From contig NIVC01001377.1 of NCBI GenBank assembly GCA_002269645.1, positions 237,632-301,631 on the forward strand: a DNA stretch of 64,000 nt, read 5' to 3'. This document shows positions 38,132 through 49,500 of this stretch, piece by piece; the stretch's first letter is position 1; each line of letters begins with the position of its first letter. The notes beneath the pieces are model-generated. The model saw only the letters and a program-made list of their open reading frames with translations. It ran no database searches and had not been told where the DNA came from. The position numbers and the translations under genes are program-made. The DNA is from Macrostomum lignano. Lineage: Eukaryota.

Positions 38132-41100
38132 ATCATGGATTGCTCATTTGCGAAATAGCTATGGCCCAACTGTTTGGAAAGTCCCGCTTCAATTACATTG
38201 ATTGGTTGAGTCTATAAATATTACTTTCGTCATGCTAAGTTATAGTTCAACGCGGACAGTTAAAATCCCATCGGATAAAGATAGGTTGGGCCACAGACAG
38301 TACGCCATGATCTAGGTTTGCCTTTCTCTGTCTTTGACAAAAGCAATACTTCTTCCTCCGTTCCAATTTCACTGGTTTTAGTTTGAACGCAATAGAAAAC
38401 TAGCTTACATATACTCGTAAATAATTCCGGAAAAAGTATAAAGACAGTCTCAATTAAATACGATTCGAAAGTTCCAATGGAGTACCTAAAAAGTAAAAAC
38501 TCGCAGTAAAAAATCAATTGGGTGATGAAATCAAAATTTGTTCAGAAATAGCTATATTATTATTTTTTATTCGATTCTAAGAAATCGATTCAGAGAAGCT
38601 TACACAAAGATCTACGATGGCTGAATTTATATTGGATCTATTAAAACAAATAAAAACATTTAAAATAAAGATTTTTTCTGTCAATTCATTTCTTTATAAA
38701 ACGATTAATATGATTATTGTAATAATTGCTTTTCAAATTAGGAATTTATTAATATTATACTCAGGAGGTTTATTCATACAATAAAAATGATTTTTGAAAT
38801 GCTTTAAAAGAGAGTTGGTGCTGAATTAGAATTACTGTAGCATTGCACAATATGATGAGGCAACGTTAAAAAGGTTAAATTATTTTGCACTCTTCCCAGC
38901 TTTTAGAGACCGATCTATTACAAAGAGTAGCTGCCGGCATAATATAGCTTCTAATCCGTCTTTGCGGATAATCTCCCAAAATCTTGATTTGTGAAATATT
39001 CCCTAGAGAGCAATTAAAAAATCAGGCAGTTTCAAGCATCACATGCATAAGTGCAGAAAACCATGCAATCCAAAGGATTGCGCTAGTAGGTCCGTTCTGT
39101 TTCAATTTTTTCCCACCGACTCACAGACATATCCGGCCGTCTTTCACGCCAGACTGAGCTTCCTAGGGCCAATCGGGGGTGTCATAAATCACTGCAGCTG
39201 CGGGCAGCAACTATCGAAGATTCTGGACCAAGAAGTTCTTTAACTAGGACCTGGAATAGCAACTCTCAAACTCTCAACTCTCAAATTCGAAAGATTTACC
39301 AATGAAACTTTTGCAAATAAAATAATTTAAGAAATATTGGAATTTTCAACAAAAAATTTCAATATGGTTAGATTTTTATTACTTTCTCTGGGTTTGTTTA
39401 AACTAGCCCTCAGATTTCAAATCAGACCTAGTTATCACACGAAGTAAATTATAATTTTAACAAAAAAATGAATTTGAAAATTCGGCTGTCTGCCGTGCAA
39501 AATTTAAAGACTGAGGTTAGAGCTCCTACTCCAGATCTGGTTCTAGACCTCCTTGACAGGGTTGATTCCGGTCGAAAGTTTCGAATGCAACGCTGCAATG
39601 GGAAGCTAAGGACTTTATTGGCACAATCGTTTTTCTCCCGTCACAGCTCCAAGCCATGCAGCTATCAGGGTCATCTCTACTGCCGATATCAGGGATCTGC
39701 GGTTTTCTCTGCCTACATGAAATTCTTGCCGAAAAAAGGCTACTGAAGTGCTCGGCTTCCCCGCTCCCTTTTGGCTCCTCAGTCACGCCATCTTTTTTCT
39801 CCCCTCATATCCCAAGTCACAAGTCCACCCCTGCCGACTCTGTGCAAGGACACCCAGAAGCAGATTCTGGAGGAGCAGATCTTCTCCAAATCTCTGTCTG
39901 TGAAAACTATGGGCTAAAGTTAGAAAACGGATATCAAAGCTTACATGCAAATCCAACAGAACCTAAAGACAGATTGGGTCAAATACAACACACAGAAACT
40001 TGACTGAGAGAAGATTTTCTTTACTCCAGGTTCTGGTTTCTGGGTCACCAATCGCGCAACCGCAAGTTCACTATTGGATACGATATTTCTAATCCTCGAG
40101 TTTTCAAACTAGCGCCAAAATGAGGCTTTGACCCGATGACTGTTGCCCGCTCCGGGGAAGGAAAATTTCTCAAACAGCTCAACGAACTTGCCGAGTTAGA
40201 TGGGATTAGGCGGAAAGGATATCTTGAAGCAATTTCTACCAAAATTTAAGAGGTCAATAACGAATTCCCAAAGGGTGATAAAAATTAGAATTTTTCCACA
40301 ACTGCGCTTCCATTAAGAGCGCGCACTTTCAAATATGGACTGCTATAATATTGTATAATATTCTTTAATAAACTATACAGTGCATGCATAGCTTGTAGTT
40401 GTATGCAAATTAGAATTTAACCTTAGCTTTTTTCCCGTAGGCCCTTCTTTTCCGTAGGATGTTCCGCTTACTACGGAAAACGTCTCAGTCTATGGTCAGA
40501 CTTCATATAACAAGGCCTCAAATCGAGTAACGTTAGAATATTCAATACGTCTCGCGTGTATTACAGCAAAAAATACCAATATACTTTCTGCGAATCGGTG
40601 ATTCAGACTTATGCTCAGAAGTGTAATCATTTGAGCATCTTACTCCGTTTTAAAGTCTTAAGGGTTTAACAACATACAATGCACCATAGGCCCAAAAAAG
40701 CACACAACAGTAAACCAATACAGAAATTACACTGTGCACTATTAGGCAGGCAACTAACTCGCAGTTCAACAGCTCGATCTAAAAGCAGAAAATAAACGGA
40801 GACCATTTGGCTGCGAGAGTAAGGCACAGGGAGACTAATATAGTGTGACTGAAACCTGAACAGAGTGGACTGGGTCGGCTTTCCTCTGAGCATTGCCGCC
40901 AGGGCCAATATGTTCGCTCCTATCTTTAGTCTTCTCTCCCATTCTCGATCGAGTTTGACCGGCAAATATTGCCGCGCTGTGTGCCCTCGGCTGGTCAACA
41001 ATCCTGTGCTCGAGCGTTGAAATCTGTACAGTCAAACAAAATTGCGGTCTCTTGCTTGGACGACTAGGAGGCCTACAAGTCTTTTTCCATTCTCTTTACT

Positions 41101-41233
41101 CTTTAAGATTGTTTGTTAAAAATATGACTACAGAATGCGAGATTAGACCACCCAGAAGAGAGGCAGCTGATTTCTTTATTTGACTTGTCCCTCTGGGGTC
41201 AAATTTAGACATGCTGGTCGTGTAGTTCCAATT

Positions 41234-41670
<437 letters not shown>

Positions 41671-41710
41671 CAAGCAAGCAAGCTTATCTCCATCCCTCAG
41701 CGACCTGTCA

Positions 41711-41829
41711 ATGAACGGCCGGAGCTGTCAATCAAGCGGCCCCTGCCAGACAATCAGGCTGTCAGTGGTTGGTATTTGCTGCATTCTGTTCTCCCGCGCC
41801 TCGGCAGAATGCGTAATGAATATAACAAG
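41711..41829 (+). CDS. Channel exon 1 (signal peptide)
   Basis: [39 protein letters not shown]; phase-2 donor GTAAGC matches the exon 2 acceptor. Confidence 0.7.
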
Positions 41830-44800
41830 GTAAGCTAAATCCATTCATTGCTTTGTGTTGTTTAATTTTGCCCATAATGATAATCTTGTGTAAAGTTTTG
41901 ATTAAAGTTTTGTGTAAAGGTTTATATATTGAATATGATAGAAGAACTATCGTGACATTCATTTATCTTAATCCATGCTTACATGACCATTCTCAAGTAA
42001 ACTCACAGACTATGGAAAAAACTGCATGGTTTCTATACTTACTGCACTAAATCGTTCTCATATTCATTGGATTCAAGCAGTTCGCTTTCAGTTTTAAGAT
42101 TTTTGGCAGTAAATAACGACCTACTTGGTAAAATAAGGCTTATAAAGCTACCTAAAAATCGTTTGAAAGGAAATGAGAAAATGCAGACGCGAACTGAGCT
42201 AACACGGAAATTGTTGCGGAATTGGAGTTTGACCAAACAAAGCCGTTCATTTTTTAGCTTTATTGCGGAAACCAAGTACGACAAGCGAAACTCACCGAAT
42301 AAAAGTCAGTTGCTAGCGTGATCTGCTGGATTCTTCTTTGCATGCTCGTTGTAAACTGTTCTCCTTATTTTTTTCTATATTGCGAGCTAGTAGAACTATC
42401 ATCACGCCACTGCTCACATCTTGATCAAGTGCCCTGTAACTGAGTAGAGACTCGCATCAGTGTGAATAAACTCTGGTCCTTTGAAACATCAAAATAGCAA
42501 TTCGGGCCGCTCAAGGTTTGGTTCTTCTCTGCTCCCTAGTCAAATCTCCTCTTAATTCTTGGTTCTCCCATCTCTATTCTCCTCTCCCTCTCTTATCCAG
42601 TTATCCCCCTCTTCTCTCCTCTCTACTTCTCTCCTGTCCTCTCTTTTTTTCTCTATTCTCCTCGCTCCTCTGCTTTCTCAACTCCCTTCTCTCCTCTCCT
42701 TCTCTCCTCTCCTTCTCTCCTCTCCTTCTCTCCTCTCCTTCTCTCCTCTCCTTCTCTCCTCTCCTTCTCTCCTCTCCTTCTCTCCTCTCCTTCTCTCCTC
42801 TCCTTCTCTCCTCTCCTTCTCTCCTCTCCTTCTCTCCTCTCTTTCTCTCCTCTCCCTTCTCTCCTCTCCCTTCTCTCCTCTCTTTCTCTCCTCTCCCTTC
42901 TCTCCTCTCTTTCTCTCCCCTCCCTTCTCTCCTCTTATTTTCCTCTCCCTTCTCTCCTCTTCTTTTCCTCTCCCTTCTCTCCTCTCCTTCTCTCCTCTCC
43001 TTCTCTCCTCTCCTTCTCTCCTCTCCTTCTCTCCTCTCTTTCTCTCCTCTCCCTTCTCTCCTCTTCTTTTCCTCTCCCTTCTCTCCTCTTCTTTTCCTCT
43101 CCCTTCTCTCCTCTCCTTCTCTCCTCTCCTTCTCTCCTCTCCTTCTCTCCTCTCCTTCTCTCCTCTCCTTCTCTCCTCTCCTTCTCTCCTCTCCTTCTCT
43201 CCTCTCCTTCTCTCCTCTCCTTCTCTCCTCTCCTTCTCTCCTCTCCTTCTCTCCTCTCCTTCTCTCCTCTCCTTCTCTCCTCTCCTTCTCTCCTCTCCTT
43301 CTCTCCTCTCCTTCTCTCCTCTCCTTCTCTCCTCTCCCTTCTCTCCTCTCTTTCTCTCCTCTCCCTTCTCTCCTCTTCTTTTCCTCTCCCTTCTCTCCTC
43401 TTATTTTCCTCTCCCTTCTCTTCTCTCCTTCTCTCTTCGCTCCTCTTATTTCCCTTCTCATTACCATTCTCTTCCCTCTCCTCTCTTCTCCTCTATTCCC
43501 TCGTCTCTCTTTCTCCTAACTATCTTATCCCCTCTCTATTCCCACTCCTCACTCTCCCCTCTTCTGGCTGCAGTCAAGCGCTGGGTTCTGTATCTGGACC
43601 TGAGGTAAAACAGTTTGCTGACCCCTGCCATAGACAAAAGTTTTAATGCATTTTTTCTCATTTTCTCAGTCAAAAGTCGACGGCATGCTCAGGCCATAAT
43701 TCAGCATCATAATTTCCTACTGCTCTGTCAGTATGACTGAGTTATTTGTTGCAAAAAAGAGAGCCACCTGCCCGAACGAAAATCTTGTCCTTCTCGTCTT
43801 GACTCGACATTTCTTCTACCAGCTTGCTTCCAATGCGAACTTTAAACCGTAAAGAAAAGGAAGTTGATTTTCGCACCTATTTATGTCTATGGTTCCAATT
43901 AACTGAGCAACTGTTCGGGTGAATGAGAATTTGCTCAAAGTTCCACATAGCTACATCTTTGTTCACACGCTCATACAAAAATCAGAGCAGAAGCATTGAC
44001 CTGTGAGCAATGGTACAACTTTGCTCATACGGCCTGTTTACCACAGTGTCACCTGCTCTTAACAGCAGAAAATTAATTAGTTTTTAGTTTTTATGTATAG
44101 CACTGCACTGTCTAATCGTTGTAAATTTACTTTGCACCCGTAATAACGACCGCACCGGCTTATCGCGTGTTTTATTAGAACTGTACATCTTCTGTCTAAT
44201 TTTGTCTAATAATTATTATTTCAGTTATGAACTCTACAAAAAACTGGTCGACTCAAGCGCTTATAACAAGAGAACGCATCCGAGTTTGAGTGAGACTAAT
44301 TTATTGCAGAGAGAGATAGAGAGAGAGTTCGCATGCCAGATGTTAAATTGAACGTGTTTGAGGTGTTGGATTGGAGATTTGAAGTTTGATATAGGTTCCT
44401 CTGGTCAGGTAGAAAAATTACTAGTTGCAAAAAGACCAAGTCCAGTGCAATCATATAGTCATTTCAAGTAGCAGACTCATTCTGTGTATTACGCTCGTAC
44501 TCTTTATGCCCAGCTGCTCTGTCCAAGTTATATCCATCGTTGTGATTGCGCAACAATGTGGGCTAATATTGGGAAGCGCTCTGATAGGCTAATTTCCACT
44601 TGACCTGGCAATTCTAAAATCTGTAATGATAATTAATTCAATGGCTCTGTTGGTTTTAGGTATTAAGTTTTTTAATGTAGCTTGTAGTATCGGTTCTGGA
44701 CATATGAGGACAAAATTAACGTTTTGATCCGGCTAAAACAAGGCCATATAATTAAATTGTACCATGACCTTTGTGCCCGCTGGGCACTTATTCTTGCCTT

Positions 44801-46401
44801 TTAATGCCATAGACTACATTTAAGCCCGTTTGCAGGACTTTAATGCTTAAAAAACTTACTTTAATGCAAATTAGCGGGCAGTTAAGTATAAGATATTCTA
44901 TGGGTTTGAGGTCGGTATCCGACCGAAAAACCCATAGAATATCTTATTTAAACTACTTTAATTTTGCGGGATGCATTCAGATAAATCCCGCAGCCATACT
45001 TGTATGTCTATGGTTGAATTTGGGGATGGGGGTGTGGGGGCGAAGCCCCACATTCTTACCATAGACAAAATTTCATTAAGAAATTTCTTGAGTCACGAAG
45101 TAAGAGAAGAGAGAAGCTCGCTTATTTGGATACATACAATAATCCTTGCAATATGTCCGGGAAAGTGATCGATTAAATCCCGCGAAATAAAATCTATGTC
45201 AATAACCTCCCTGAAAGTGAGCTTTAAAGTGGTTTTATGACATTTAACGCCCGATTATTCTGTCCCACTAATTGTCCAGGACACAAATGTCTATGGCGCT
45301 GTATGGCCTTGTCCGAGGATTTCGCATTAACGCCCACAAAGCATGGGTATTAATGTACTATTAATTTTCAAAATATACACACATTCGCATAGATATGGTT
45401 CTATGGCCGAAGTCATAACAGCCATTCTGAAGTGGAATTCATTAAATGCATGAAACCAACTTCCGAAATACTCATAAAAATGTCTATATGACTGGCCTGT
45501 ACTCTACTTGTGTAATGATTTTAGCCATAGACAGTGGTTAAGGAACGAATATTTTCCTTTTTGTGATTTGTTGTGTTAATTATCTTTTGGTTTAATTAAA
45601 ACTTCTGGTTTTCGATTTATTATGAGCATAAACTAATGTAAAAGGCTTATTTATGCTTTTATTTTCGTGTTTTCAGCTGGTCCGACCATTATTCTTCTTG
45701 GCATCTACATAAACGGATTCAATTATATTAGCGAGCAATCAATGGTGAGCAACCTCACGGATGTTTAGAATGCTATTTTGGGTAGCCTTGATGCCATTTT
45801 ATAATCTAATAATCATCACGTGCCGGGGTGAGATTGATGCTTCTTTGATTCTACAACTGCTCTCGGGGGTGCTGAAAATAACAGCGTCATATAGGTCCAT
45901 TGTCTGTCCCTAGATACGTAATTAAGTGGGTATATTATATCAGTTTATGAGTTTAGCAGCTCCCTAAATGTAGCTAGCCATTCTGAGTAGCACCACATGT
46001 AACTCTGTACTCATTTCTACGGCTATAGGCAAGCAATAGGACATAGCGACAAAGCGACTATGTATGACATGAAAAATATAATTTCAGAGACAAATATTCA
46101 CGTCTCGCAGTTTTTCTTGTAATGCTTCTGTAAGGCCAGTTTGATTAATAGAGAGAGGAAACATATGCAGAATAAACAGAACTGTAGTACAGACTCGAAT
46201 ATGGACACAGACAGACAGACAGACAGACACACAGACAGACAAGCAGACAGACACTAAGACAGACACTAGGACGGACAGACACACACTAAGACAGACAGAC
46301 AGACACTAAGACGGCAGACAGACAGACAGACACTCTGACGGACAGGCAGACAGACAGACACTAAGACGGCAGACAGACACTAAGACGGCAGACAGACACT
46401 A

Positions 46402-46466
<65 letters not shown>

Positions 46467-46477
46467 CTAAGACACTA

Positions 46478-46509
<32 letters not shown>

Positions 46510-49500
46510 GGACAGACACTAAGACGGATGGACAGGCTGACTTCCGCAATAAAATGATTGCGCCAACACCATCTACCACCCAGGACTACGAGATCAACCT
46601 GTACATGCGGGAGCAGTGGTGGGACCCCCGGTTGGCCTTCAATCGCAGTCACATGTGCGGCATGGAGTTCATGAAGCTGCCGGACCGAGCCTGGGATAAA
46701 ATCTGGGTTCCGGATGTGTTTTTCAGGTTAGTTTGGCATACACTTTTCCGACATGCTGCTACAGCTACTTTCATAATTGTGATTCTTTCTGTAGACATAG
46801 ACGCTCCAGCTCTATAAATGCTCGAGATCTATAGACGCTCCAAATGTATAGACGCCCTACATCTATAGACGCTCCAAATCTATAAACGCCCTACATCTAC
46901 TGTATAGACGCTCAATATCTATAGACGCTCCAGATTTATAGACGCTTTGAATCTATAGACGCTCTAGTTCTATAGACGCTCCAGTTCATGGACGCCGCAC
47001 ATCTATAGACGCTCCAGTTCTATAGACGCTCTAGTCTATAGACGCCCTACATCTATAGACGCTCCATATCTATAGACGCTCTAGTCTATAGGCGCCCTAC
47101 ATCTATAGACGCTCCAGATCTATAGACACTCTAGATCTATAGACGCCCTACATCTATAGACGCTCCAGATCTATAGACGCTTTAAATCTATAGACGCTCC
47201 AGTTCTATAGACGCTCCAGTTCTATAGACGCTCCAGTTCTATAGACGCTTCAGTTCTATAGACGCCGTACATCTATAGACGCTCCAGTTCTATAGACGCT
47301 CCAGTTCTATAGACGCCGTACATCTATAGACGCTCCAGATCTATAGACGCTCCAGATCTATAGACGCTCCATATCGATAGACGCTCCAGTTCTATAGACG
47401 CTCCACATCTATAGACACTCCACATCTATAGACGCTCCATATCGATAGACGCTCCAGTTCTATAGACGCCCCACATCTATAGACGCTCCATATCGATAGA
47501 CGCTCCATATCGATAGACGCTCCATTCCGATATACGCTCCAAATCTATAGACGCTCCACATCTATAGACGCTCCCAGGAGCGTCATATAAATCATATCAC
47601 ATCTATAGACGCTCCACATCTTAAGACAGTTAAGGAAACACCGATTCAAGTTGGCCATTTTACCCTTTTATCGTGTACATTTCAGAAACGAGAAGAAGGC
47701 GACATTTCACGAGGTTACCCTACCAAATCGGCTCATGCGGCTCTACCCGAACGGCACAGTTTACTACGCTGCCAAGTAAAAATTAAAGAGTTTATCTACG
47801 TGTACTTTAGTGCAAATTTGTTCATACAGCAGTGTTTATTCAAATCAACTGACTTCGAAATCTAAACTCTCATGGATTACCAATGACCCATGCAAAATCC
47901 ATTCAAAAGGCCAAGGGCTTCGTATTTTCAAACTGTAGCTTATGATACCATCCAGTTGAAGTCGATGGGTCCCAAATTTAGCTTAACAATCGTCCTTGGC
48001 CTGACCTTTTTTAATCACTGCCAATGCCACACGTGAATGAAATTGCGTGATCGGAGACCAAACTGAAGCCAGGGTCATTGTATTGGTATCTCTGGGGCCA
48101 TAAACCCGTGATTGCTGTAAACAAGCAGGCGCCTCCCTGACTAAGGCACCCAGTTGACGTGAGCGAGAGCGTAGAGCCACGTTTAATAAATACGACAGAT
48201 GCTGCTCACGTCCTTGCTTTGCATCCTTGTTTTTCTCACTTCATCACTCGCGGAAGTTTCGTATTCTTGAATTTCACGCCATCAACAGACTCATCCGCGC
48301 TCACTTTCTGTGCACCGGTTTTATGCACACGTTTAACGCAAAAAACCGAATGGATTGAACTAATTTCGATTGCAGAATCACGGCCACCCTCTCGTGCCAG
48401 ATGAAGCTGCACAAGTATCCCCTGGACACTCAGGTCTGCCCCATCCAGTTTGAGTCGTGTAAGCAGCTTGCGGTGTGTGTGTGACACTTGAGATATCGCG
48501 AGCATCGCGTTGGAGGGGGGGGCGGGGGTTCAGTGGCTGCAGACTCAGGCATATTTGAGTATCTTCTGGGAAAGTTCATTTTCTTATTTATAGCTGAATA
48601 TTTCTTCGGAAAAACAACAAAGTATTTGAGCATACTACTCACTATTAAAATTACTATCACAAGTAGTAAATGTGAAGGAATAGTTCTCAAAAATAATTAG
48701 GCAAATCCACAAGAAATGAACAACCATTAAGCAATGAATTCAATCCATAAAAATCTCGCGATTTGCTCTCCTGCAGTCGGTCACACCGTCAAAGCCAACG
48801 TCTACCAATGGCGGCCGGGTCCAGTTGAAAAGGATGAGCAACTGATTCTGCCGCAGTTTGAACTGCACGCAACTAATACGAAAAACTGTCAGCAAACCTA
48901 CGCTACTGGTAACTGCCTTGAAGTTCTCCTTTGATTTTAGCTTAGTTACAGCGTAGTAGGGCTCTGAACAAATGCAACTTTAGGTTTCTAAACACTAGCA
49001 TAAACTGTGACAATAGTTGTGACCTTAACTCTCCACAGGCGATTACCCATGTCTAGAGGTGGAGTTTGTACTCAGGCGCAACATTGGCTACTACCTCATT
49101 CAGCTGTACGTTCCATCCGTACTGATCGTGATCTTGTCCTGGGTGGCCTTCTGGATCTCCATCGATGCCATACCGGCCCGGGTGACCATCGGTTTGCTTA
49201 CTGTGCTCACCATGACTACTCAGAGCGCGACAGCAAGAGCCAGCCTGCCACGAGTATCTTATATTAAGGTTTGTCTGATGAGCAGCCTCGAACCAAGGCT
49301 ACTCATGTAGAATTTTACGAGGCAGGTATTACCAACAATAAGACATTACAGAGAGAGAAGGTTTTGATTCGGAAAAGCCTGTCTTTCCTAATCTTTTTCA
49401 AAAAAATTACGTATTCCTTCCCGTCTTACTACTTGAATAGTCCCATTGCCTCGAACAAGCATTCTATTGATATTTATAAATAAAGTTCACGGTAAAAAAC

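Noticed and set aside
39400-40250. Possible decayed reverse transcriptase (YQGSAVFSAYM)
   Set aside because: Only a vague motif resemblance; no YxDD or other RT blocks.
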